DNA of 64,000 nucleotides from Auanema rhodensis (taxonomy: Eukaryota; Animalia; Nematoda): contig OZ059894.1 of assembly GCA_964057225.1 (NCBI GenBank), positions 22,568,001 to 22,632,000 on the forward strand, written 5' to 3'. Of the stretch, positions 52,801-64,000 are shown in pieces. Below the pieces are notes generated by a model. It was not told where the DNA came from and did no database searches. It was given only the letters and a program-made list of their open reading frames with translations. Both the position numbers and the translations under genes were made by a program. Each line of letters opens with the position of its first letter. Position 1 is the first letter of the stretch.

Positions 52801-55102
52801 TGAGTGTACATGGAAACTCAACATACACTAATGCATCATTTTTCAAACGATCATAACTAATTTTCGTATTGAGCGTTTCTCAATGTAGTATAGTGCATTC
52901 GATGCGGATTTTTAAGCTGCGTCGATCTGTGTTATCAGATTTGCGCTAGCTTAAAAATGCACCGAGATATCAACTGATATAAGTTCACACTTATATCCTC
53001 GATTTTCACCCTGAAGAATTAATTTTTTCGTTGAATAACATTGACCATCGTCTTTGCCTTGAAAAAAGGAATCTAAAAACATCTACTTTTTGCTAAATTA
53101 TTCTGAAATTTTTCGAAAAAATTTTTGTCAAAATGTTTTTGGAAGCAATGTTGAGTGTACATGGAAACTCAACATACACTAATGCATCATTTTTCAAACG
53201 ATCATAACTAATTTTTGTATTAAGCGTTTCTCAATGTAGTATAGTGCATTCGATGCGGATTTTTAAGCTGCGTCGATCTGTGTTATCAGATTTGCGCTAG
53301 CTTAAAAATGCACCGAGATATCAACTGATATAAGTTCACACTTATATCCTCGATTTTCACCCTGAAGAATTAATTTTTTCGTTGAATAACATTGTCCATC
53401 GTCTTTGCCTTGAAAAATGGAATCTAAAAACATCTACTTTTTGCTAAATTATTTTGAAATTTTTCGAAAAAATTTTTGTCAAAATGTTTTTGGAAGCAAT
53501 GTTGAGTGTACATGGAAACTCAACATACACTAATGCATCATTTTTCAAACGATCATAACTAATTTTTGTATTAAGCGTTTCTCAATGTAGTATAGTGCAT
53601 TCGATGCGGATTTTTAAGCTGCGTCGATCTGTGTTATCAGATTTGCGCTAGCTTAAAAATGCACCGAGATATCAACTGATATAAGTTCACACTTATATCC
53701 TCGATTTTCACCCTGAAGAATTAATTTTTTCGTTGAATAACATTGACCATCGTCTTTGCCTTGAAAAAAGGAATCTAAAAACATCTACTTTTTGCTAAAT
53801 TATTCTGAAATTTTTCGAAAAAATTTTTGTCAAAATGTTTTTGGAAGCAATGTTGAGTGTACATGGAAACTCAACATACACTAATGCATCATTTTTCAAA
53901 CGATCATAACTAATTTTTGTATTAAGCGTTTCTCAATGTAGTATAGTGCATTCGATGCGGATTTTTAAGCTGCGTCGATCTGTGTTATCAGATTTGCGCT
54001 AGCTTAAAAATGCACCGAGATATCAACTGATATAAGTTCACACTTATATCCTCGATTTTCACCCTGAAGAATTAATTTTTTCGTTGAATAACATTGTCCA
54101 TCGTCTTTGCCTTGAAAAATGGAATCTAAAAACATCTACTTTTTGCTAAATTATTTTGAAATTTTTCGAAAAAATTTTTGTCAAAATGTTTTTGGAAGCA
54201 ATGTTGAGTGTACATGGAAACTCAACATACACTAATGCATCATTTTTCAAACGATCATAACTAATTTTTGTATTAAGCGTTTCTCAATGTAGTATAGTGC
54301 ATTCGATGCGGATTTTTAAGCTGCGTCGATCTGTGTTATCAGATTTGCGCTAGCTTAAAAATGCACCGAGATATCAACTGATATAAGTTCACACTTATAT
54401 CCTCGATTTTCACCCTGAAGAATTAATTTTTTCGTTGAATAACATTGTCCATCGTCTTTGCCTTGAAAAAAACGAATCTAAAAACATCTACTTTTTGCTA
54501 AATTATTTTGAAATTTCTCGAAAAAATTTTTGTCAAAATGTTTTTGGAAGCAATGTTGAGTGTACATGGAAACTCAACATACACTAATGCATCATTTTTC
54601 AAACGATCATAACTAATTTTTGTATTAAGCGTTTCTCAATGTAGTATAGTGCATTCGATGCGGATTTTTAAGCTGCGTCGTTCTGTGTTATCAGATTTGC
54701 GCTAGCTTAAAAATGCACCGAGATATCAACTGATATAAGTTCACACTTATATCCTCGATTTTCACCCTGAAGAATTAATTTTTTCGTTGAATAACATTGT
54801 CCATCGTCTTTGCCTTGAAAAAAGGAATCTAAAAACATCTACTTTTTGCTAAATTATTTTGAAATTTCTCGAAAAAATTTTTGTCAAAATGTTTTTGGAA
54901 GCAATGTTGAGTGTACATGGAAACTCAACATACACTAATGCATCATTTTTCAAACGATCATAACTAATTTTTGTATTAAGCGTTTCTCAATGTAGTATAG
55001 TGCATTCGATGCGGATTTTTAAGCTGCGTCGATCTGTGTTATCAGATTTGCGCTAGCTTAAAAATGCACCGAGATATCAACTGATATAAGTTCACACTTA
55101 TA
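43871..55102. repeat. Satellite subfamily domain 3
   Basis: Characteristic variants are GAATTGA, CATTGACC, CTTAACAATG, TGAAGTTTT, GTATATTGC, TTTCTCGAA and GTCGTTCTG. The main domain-2 markers (GCTAATTTA, AAGCAATC, AATGGATC) are absent. Confidence 0.82.
46679..50186. repeat. Tandem 5-monomer duplication (2 x 1754 bp)
   Basis: The 350-bp GAAGTTTTCG monomer occurs at 47030 and 48784, CCATTGTC/TTCAATG at 47380 and 49134, and GTTATTAG at 48082 and 49836. Confidence 0.88.
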
Positions 55103-58100
55103 TCCTCGATTTTCACCCTGAAGAATTAATTTTTTCGTTGAATAACATTGACCATCGTCTTTGCCTTGAAAAAAGGAATCTAAAAACATCTACTTTTTGC
55201 TAAATTATTTTGAAATTTTTCGAAAAAATTTTTGTCAAAATGTTTTTGGAAGCAATGTTGAGTGTACATGGAAACTCAACATACACTAATGCATCATTTT
55301 TCAAACGATCATAACTAATTTTTGTATTAAGCGTTTCTCAATGTAGTATATTGCATTCGATGCGGATTTTTAAGCTGCGTCGATCTGTGTTATCAGATTT
55401 ACGCTAGCTTAAAAATGCACCGAGATATCAACTGATATAAGTTCACACTTATATCTTCGATTTTCACCCTGAAGAATTAATTTTTTCGTTGAATAACTTT
55501 GTCCATCGTCTTTGCCTTGAAAAAAGGAATCTAAAAACATCTACTTTTTGCTAAATTATTTTGAAATTTCTCGAAAAAATTTTTGTCAAAATGTTTTTGG
55601 AAGCAATGTTGAGTGTACATGGAAACTCAACATACACTAATGCATCATTTTTCAAACGATCATAACTAATTTTTGTATTAAGCGTTTCTCAATGTAGTAT
55701 AGTGCATTCGATGCGGATTTTTAAGCTGCGTCGATCTGTGTTATCAGATTTGCGCTAGCTTAAAAATGCACCGAGATATCAACTGATATAAGTTCACACT
55801 TATATCCTCGATTTTCACCCTGAAGAATTAATTTCTTCGTTGAATAACATTGTCCATCGTCTTTGCCTTGAAAAATGGAATCTAAAAACATCTACTTTTT
55901 GCTAAATTATTTTGAAATTTTTCGAAAAAATTTTTGTCAAAATGTTTTTGGAAGCAATGTTGAGTGTACATGGAAACTCAACATACACTAATGCATCATT
56001 TTTCGAACGATCATAACTAATTTTTGTATTAAGCGTTTTTCAATGTAGTATAGTGCATTCGATGCGGATTTTTAAGCTGCGTCGATCTGTGTTATCAGAT
56101 TTGCGCTAGCTTAAAAATGCACCGAGATATCAACTGATATAAGTTCACACTTATATCCTCGATTTTCACCCTGAAGAATTAATTTTTTCGTTGAATAACA
56201 TTGTCCATCGTCTTTGCCTTGAAAAATGGAATCTAAAAACATCTACTTTTTGCTAAATTATTCTGAAATTTTTCGAAAAAATTTTTGTCAAAATGTTTTT
56301 GGAAGCAATGTTGAGTGTACATGGAAACTCAACATACACTAATGCATCATTTTTCAAACGATCATAACTAATTTTTGTATTAAGCGTTTCTCAATGTAGT
56401 ATAGTGCATTCGATGCGGATTTTTAAGCTGCGTCGATCTGTGTTAGCAGATTTGCGCTAGCTTAAAAATGCACCGAGATATCAACTGATATAAGTTCACA
56501 CTTATATCCTCGATTTTCACCCTGAAGAATTAATTTTTTCGTTGAATAACATTGTCCATCGTCTTTGCCTTGAAAAAAGAAATCTAAAAACATCTACTTT
56601 TTGCTAAATTATTCTGAAATTTTTCGAAAAAAGTTTTGTCAAAATGTTTTTGGAAGCAATGTTGAGTGTACATGGAAACTCAACATACACTAATGCATCA
56701 TTTTTCAAACGATCATAACTAATTTTTGTATTAAGCGTTTCTCAATGTAGTATATTGCATTCGATGCGGATTTTTAAGCTGCGTCGATCTGTGTTAGCAG
56801 ATTTGCGCTAGCTTAAAAATGCACCGAGATATCAACTGATATAAGTTCACACTTATATCTTCGATTTTCACCCTGAAGAATTAATTTTTTCGTTGAATAA
56901 CATTGTCCATCGTCTTTGCCTTGAAAAAAGGAATCTAAAAACATCTACTTTTTGCTAAATTATTTTGAAATTTCTCGAAAAAATTTTTGTCAAAATGTTT
57001 TTGGAAGCAATGTTGAGTGTACATGGAAACTCAACATACACTAATGCATCATTTTTCAAACGATCATAACTAATTTTTGTATTAAGCGTTTCTCAATGTA
57101 GTATAGTGCATTCGATGCGGATTTTTAAGCTGCGTCGATCTGTGTTATCAGATTTGCGCTAGCTTAAAAATGCACCGAGATATCAACTGATATAAGTTCA
57201 CACTTATATCCTCGATTTTCACCCTGAAGAATTGATTTTTTCGTTGAATAACATTGACCATCGTCTTTGCCTTGAAAAAAGGAATCTAAAAACATCTACT
57301 TTTTGCTAAATTATTCTGAAATTTTTCGAAAAAAGTTTTGTCAAAATGTTTTTGGAAGCAATGTTGAGTGTACATGGAAACTCAACATACACTAATGCAT
57401 CATTTTTCAAACGATCATAACTAATTTTTGTATTAAGCGTTTCTCAATGTAGTATAGTGCATTCGATGCGGATTTTTAAGCTGCGTCGATCTGTGTTAGC
57501 AGATTTGCGCTAGCTTAAAAATGCACCGAGATATCAACTGATATAAGTTCACACTTATATCCTCGATTTTCACCCTGAAGAATTAATTTTTTCGTTGAAT
57601 AACATTGTCCATCGTCTTTGCCTTGAAAAAAGAAATCTAAAAACATCTACTTTTTGCTAAATTATTCTGAAATTTTTCGAAAAAAGTTTTGTCAAAATGT
57701 TTTTGGAAGCAATGTTGAGTGTACATGGAAACTCAACATACACTAATGCATCATTTTTCAAACGATCATAACTAATTTTTGTATTAAGCGTTTCTCAATG
57801 TAGTATATTGCATTCGATGCGGATTTTTAAGCTGCGTCGATCTGTGTTAGCAGATTTGCGCTAGCTTAAAAATGCACCGAGATATCAACTGATATAAGTT
57901 CACACTTATATCTTCGATTTTCACCCTGAAGAATTAATTTTTTCGTTGAATAACATTGTCCATCGTCTTTGCCTTGAAAAAAGGAATCTAAAAACATCTA
58001 CTTTTTGCTAAATTATTTTGAAATTTCTCGAAAAAATTTTTGTCAAAATGTTTTTGGAAGCAATGTTGAGTGTACATGGAAACTCAACATACACTAATGC

Positions 58101-61100
58101 ATCATTTTTCAAACGATCATAACTAATTTTTGTATTAAGCGTTTCTCAATGTAGTATATTGCATTCGATGCGGATTTTTAAGCTGCGTCGATCTGTGTTA
58201 TCAGATTTACGCTAGCTTAAAAATGCACCGAGATATCAACTGATATAAGTTCACACTTATATCTTCGATTTTCACCCTGAAGAATTAATTTTTTCGTTGA
58301 ATAACTTTGTCCATCGTCTTTGCCTTGAAAAAAGGAATCTAAAAACATCTACTTTTTGCTAAATTATTTTGAAATTTCTCGAAAAAATTTTTGTCAAAAT
58401 GTTTTTGGAAGCAATGTTGAGTGTACATGGAAACTCAACATACACTAATGCATCATTTTTCAAACGATCATAACTAATTTTTGTATTAAGCGTTTCTCAA
58501 TGTAGTATAGTGCATTCGATGCGGATTTTTAAGCTGCGTCGATCTGTGTTATCAGATTTGCGCTAGCTTAAAAATGCACCGAGATATCAACTGATATAAG
58601 TTCACACTTATATCCTCGATTTTCACCCTGAAGAATTAATTTTTTCGTTGAATAACATTGACCATCGTCTTTGCCTTGAAAAAAGGAATCTAAAAACATC
58701 TACTTTTTGCTAAATTATTTTGAAATTTTTCGAAAAAATTTTTGTCAAAATGTTTTTGGAAGCAATGTTGAGTGTACATGGAAACTCAACATACACTAAT
58801 GCATCATTTTTCAAACGATCATAACTAATTTTTGTATTAAGCGTTTCTCAATGTAGTATATTGCATTCGATGCGGATTTTTAAGCTGCGTCGATCTGTGT
58901 TATCAGATTTACGCTAGCTTAAAAATGCACCGAGATATCAACTGATATAAGTTCACACTTATATCTTCGATTTTCACCCTGAAGAATTAATTTTTTCGTT
59001 GAATAACATTGACCATCGTCTTTGCCTTGAAAAAAGGAATCTAAAAACATCTACTTTTTGCTAAATTATTTTGAAATTTTTCGAAAAAATTTTTGTCAAA
59101 ATGTTTTTGGAAGCAATGTTGAGTGTACATGGAAACTCAACATACACTAATGCATCATTTTTCAAACGATCATAACTAATTTTTGTATTAAGCGTTTCTC
59201 AATGTAGTATATTGCATTCGATGCGGATTTTTAAGCTGCGTCGATCTGTGTTATCAGATTTACGCTAGCTTAAAAATGCACCGAGATATCAACTGATATA
59301 AGTTCACACTTATATCTTCGATTTTCACCCTGAAGAATTAATTTTTTCGTTGAATAACATTGACCATCGTCTTTGCCTTGAAAAAAGGAATCTAAAAACA
59401 TCTACTTTTTGCTAAATTATTTTGAAATTTTTCGAAAAAATTTTTGTCAAAATGTTTTTGGAAGCAATGTTGAGTGTACATGGAAACTCAACATACACTA
59501 ATGCATCATTTTTCAAACGATCATAACTAATTTTTGTATTAAGCGTTTCTCAATGTAGTATATTGCATTCGATGCGGATTTTTAAGCTGCGTCGATCTGT
59601 GTTATCAGATTTACGCTAGCTTAAAAATGCACCGAGATATCAACTGATATAAGTTCACACTTATATCTTCGATTTTCACCCTGAAGAATTAATTTTTTCG
59701 TTGAATAACTTTGTCCATCGTCTTTGCCTTGAAAAAAGGAATCTAAAAACATCTACTTTTTGCTAAATTATTTTGAAATTTCTCGAAAAAATTTTTGTCA
59801 AAATGTTTTTGGAAGCAATGTTGAGTGTACATGGAAACTCAACATACACTAATGCATCATTTTTCAAACGATCATAACTAATTTTTGTATTAAGCGTTTC
59901 TCAATGTAGTATAGTGCATTCGATGCGGATTTTTAAGCTGCGTCGATCTGTGTTATCAGATTTGCGCTAGCTTAAAAATGCACCGAGATATCAACTGATA
60001 TAAGTTCACACTTATATCCTCGATTTTCACCCTGAAGAATTAATTTCTTCGTTGAATAACATTGTCCATCGTCTTTGCCTTGAAAAATGGAATCTAAAAA
60101 CATCTACTTTTTGCTAAATTATTTTGAAATTTTTCGAAAAAATTTTTGTCAAAATGTTTTTGGAAGCAATGTTGAGTGTACATGGAAACTCAACATACAC
60201 TAATGCATCATTTTTCGAACGATCATAACTAATTTTTGTATTAAGCGTTTTTCAATGTAGTATAGTGCATTCGATGCGGATTTTTAAGCTGCGTCGATCT
60301 GTGTTATCAGATTTGCGCTAGCTTAAAAATGCACCGAGATATCAACTGATATAAGTTCACACTTATATCCTCGATTTTCACCCTGAAGAATTAATTTTTT
60401 CGTTGAATAACATTGTCCATCGTCTTTGCCTTGAAAAATGGAATCTAAAAACATCTACTTTTTGCTAAATTATTCTGAAATTTTTCGAAAAAATTTTTGT
60501 CAAAATGTTTTTGGAAGCAATGTTGAGTGTACATGGAAACTCAACATACACTAATGCATCATTTTTCAAACGATCATAACTAATTTTTGTATTAAGCGTT
60601 TCTCAATGTAGTATAGTGCATTCGATGCGGATTTTTAAGCTGCGTCGATCTGTGTTAGCAGATTTGCGCTAGCTTAAAAATGCACCGAGATATCAACTGA
60701 TATAAGTTCACACTTATATCCTCGATTTTCACCCTGAAGAATTAATTTTTTCGTTGAATAACATTGTCCATCGTCTTTGCCTTGAAAAAAGAAATCTAAA
60801 AACATCTACTTTTTGCTAAATTATTCTGAAATTTTTCGAAAAAAGTTTTGTCAAAATGTTTTTGGAAGCAATGTTGAGTGTACATGGAAACTCAACATAC
60901 ACTAATGCATCATTTTTCAAACGATCATAACTAATTTTTGTATTAAGCGTTTCTCAATGTAGTATATTGCATTCGATGCGGATTTTTAAGCTGCGTCGAT
61001 CTGTGTTAGCAGATTTGCGCTAGCTTAAAAATGCACCGAGATATCAACTGATATAAGTTCACACTTATATCTTCGATTTTCACCCTGAAGAATTAATTTT

Positions 61101-62700
61101 TTCGTTGAATAACATTGTCCATCGTCTTTGCCTTGAAAAAAGGAATCTAAAAACATCTACTTTTTGCTAAATTATTTTGAAATTTCTCGAAAAAATTTTT
61201 GTCAAAATGTTTTTGGAAGCAATGTTGAGTGTACATGGAAACTCAACATACACTAATGCATCATTTTTCAAACGATCATAACTAATTTTTGTATTAAGCG
61301 TTTCTCAATGTAGTATAGTGCATTCGATGCGGATTTTTAAGCTGCGTCGATCTGTGTTATCAGATTTGCGCTAGCTTAAAAATGCACCGAGATATCAACT
61401 GATATAAGTTCACACTTATATCCTCGATTTTCACCCTGAAGAATTGATTTTTTCGTTGAATAACATTGACCATCGTCTTTGCCTTGAAAAAAGGAATCTA
61501 AAAACATCTACTTTTTGCTAAATTATTCTGAAATTTTTCGAAAAAAGTTTTGTCAAAATGTTTTTGGAAGCAATGTTGAGTGTACATGGAAACTCAACAT
61601 ACACTAATGCATCATTTTTCAAACGATCATAACTAATTTTTGTATTAAGCGTTTCTCAATGTAGTATAGTGCATTCGATGCGGATTTTTAAGCTGCGTCG
61701 ATCTGTGTTAGCAGATTTGCGCTAGCTTAAAAATGCACCGAGATATCAACTGATATAAGTTCACACTTATATCCTCGATTTTCACCCTGAAGAATTAATT
61801 TTTTCGTTGAATAACATTGTCCATCGTCTTTGCCTTGAAAAAAGAAATCTAAAAACATCTACTTTTTGCTAAATTATTCTGAAATTTTTCGAAAAAAGTT
61901 TTGTCAAAATGTTTTTGGAAGCAATGTTGAGTGTACATGGAAACTCAACATACACTAATGCATCATTTTTCAAACGATCATAACTAATTTTTGTATTAAG
62001 CGTTTCTCAATGTAGTATATTGCATTCGATGCGGATTTTTAAGCTGCGTCGATCTGTGTTAGCAGATTTGCGCTAGCTTAAAAATGCACCGAGATATCAA
62101 CTGATATAAGTTCACACTTATATCTTCGATTTTCACCCTGAAGAATTAATTTTTTCGTTGAATAACATTGTCCATCGTCTTTGCCTTGAAAAAAGGAATC
62201 TAAAAACATCTACTTTTTGCTAAATTATTTTGAAATTTCTCGAAAAAATTTTTGTCAAAATGTTTTTGGAAGCAATGTTGAGTGTACATGGAAACTCAAC
62301 ATACACTAATGCATCATTTTTCAAACGATCATAACTAATTTTTGTATTAAGCGTTTCTCAATGTAGTATATTGCATTCGATGCGGATTTTTAAGCTGCGT
62401 CGATCTGTGTTATCAGATTTACGCTAGCTTAAAAATGCACCGAGATATCAACTGATATAAGTTCACACTTATATCTTCGATTTTCACCCTGAAGAATTAA
62501 TTTTTTCGTTGAATAACTTTGTCCATCGTCTTTGCCTTGAAAAAAGGAATCTAAAAACATCTACTTTTTGCTAAATTATTTTGAAATTTCTCGAAAAAAT
62601 TTTTGTCAAAATGTTTTTGGAAGCAATGTTGAGTGTACATGGAAACTCAACATACACTAATGCATCATTTTTCAAACGATCATAACTAATCTTTGTATTA
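55103..62700. repeat. 10-monomer tandem duplication with the first monomer of copy 2 triplicated (marker offset 4212 bp)
   Basis: A triple-variant monomer (ATTTCTTCG, TTTCGAACG, CGTTTTTC) occurs only at 55805 and 60017, and the flanking monomer order matches. TTGACC/TATATTG/TTTACG monomers occur at 55103, then 58613, 58964 and 59315. Confidence 0.88.
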
Positions 62701-64000
62701 AGCGTTTCTCAATGTAGTATAGTGCATTCGATGCGGATTTTTAAGCTGCGTCGATCTGTGTTATCAGATTTACGCTAGCTTAAAAATGCACCGAGATATC
62801 AACTGATATAAGTTCACACTTATATCTTCGATTTTCACCCTGAAGAATTAATTTTTTCGTTGAATAACTTTGTCCATCGTCTTTGCCTTGAAAAAAGGAA
62901 TCTAAAAACATCTACTTTTTGCTAAATTATTTTGAAATTTCTCGAAAAAATTTTTGTCAAAATGTTTTTGGAAGCAATGTTGAGTGTACATGGAAACTCA
63001 ACATACACTAATGCATCATTTTTCAAACGATCATAACTAATTTTTGTATTGAGCGTTTCTCAATGTAGTATAGTGCATTCGATGCGGATTTTTAAGCTGC
63101 GTCGATCTGTGTTATCAGATTTGCGCTAGCTTAAAAATGCACCGAGATATCAACTGATATAAGTTCACACTTATATCTTCGATTTTCACCCTGAAGAATT
63201 AATTTTTTCGTTGAATAACATTGTCCATCGTCTTTGCCTTGAAAAAAGGAATCTAAAAACATCTACTTTTTGCTAAATTATTTTGAAATTTCTCGAAAAA
63301 ATTTTTGTCAAAATGTTTTTGGAAGCAATGTTGAGTGTACATGGAAACTCAACATACACTAATGCATCATTTTTCAAACGATCATAACTAATCTTTGTAT
63401 TAAGCGTTTCTCAATGTAGTATAGTGCATTCGATGCGGATTTTTAAGCTGCGTCGATCTGTGTTATCAGATTTGCGCTAGCTTAAAAATGCACCGAGATA
63501 TCAACTGATATAAGTTCACACATATATCTTCGATTTTCACCCTGAAGAATTAATTTTTTCGTTGAATAACATTGTCCATCGTCTTTGCCTTGAAAAATGG
63601 AATCTAAAAACATCTACTTTTTGCTAAATTATTTTGAAATTTTTCGAAAAAATTTTTGTCAAAATGTTTTTGGAAGCAATGTTGAGTGTACATGGAAACT
63701 CAACATACACTAATGCATCATTTTTCAAACGATCATAACTAATTTTTGTATTAAGCGTTTCTCAATGTAGTATAGTGCATTCGATGCGGATTTTTAAGCT
63801 GCGTCGATCTGTGTTATCAGATTTGCGCTAGCTTAAAAATGCACCGAGATATCAACTGATATAAGTTCACACTTATATCCTCGATTTTCACCCTGAAGAA
63901 TTAATTTTTTCGTTGAATAACATTGTCCATCGTCTTTGCCTTGAAAAATGGAATCTAAAAACATCTACTTTTTGCTAAATTATTTTGAAATTTTTCGAAA
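55103..64000. repeat. Satellite subfamily domain 4 (derived from domain 3)
   Basis: Adds TTTACGCT, TATCTTCGA, TAACTTTGT, GTTAGCAG and frequent AAAAGTTTT/AAGAAATC on a domain-3 background (TTGACC, TTTCTCG, TATATTG). Confidence 0.75.

Larger units (their letters stand above)
1..64000. repeat. Tandem satellite DNA array, 351-bp monomer, ~182.3 copies, head-to-tail, continuing beyond both window edges
   Basis: The motif TCCTCGATTTTCACCCTGAA recurs at 1, 353, 704, 1055, 1406 ... 63527, 63878 with 351-bp spacing (350 or 352 in 17 indel-bearing copies; net -5 bp, consistent with 182x351-5=63877). Copies differ by only a few substitutions. A hand count gives 111 G+C in 351 bp. No unique sequence or inversion was seen. 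Confidence 0.99.

Noticed and set aside
1-64000. CRISPR array or prokaryotic repeat system (regular palindromic repeats)
   Set aside because: There are no unique spacers, since the entire 351 bp repeats, and no cas or other genes.

Overview
The whole 64 kb window is one uninterrupted, head-to-tail, same-orientation tandem array of an AT-rich (~32% GC) 351-bp satellite monomer. There are 182 complete copies (1-63877) plus a 123-bp partial copy; 165 copies are exactly 351 bp, 11 are 350 bp and 6 are 352 bp. I see no genes, RNA genes, CRISPR spacers or transposon insertions. The three 63-aa ORFs are by-products of one monomer SNP that removes a stop codon. The structure of interest lies at two scales. 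(1) About 60% of each monomer is occupied by four dyad-symmetric (hairpin/cruciform-capable) elements. (2) Diagnostic variants split the array into sequential subfamily domains (1-28075, 28076-43870, 43871-55102, 55103-64000), each built from local higher-order duplications of 3, 4, 5, 6, 7 and 10 monomers, plus a ~20-22 kb long-range duplication. This looks like eukaryotic (peri)centromeric or heterochromatic satellite DNA from a genome without CpG depletion. I cannot name the family or host. All variant calls were made by eye.
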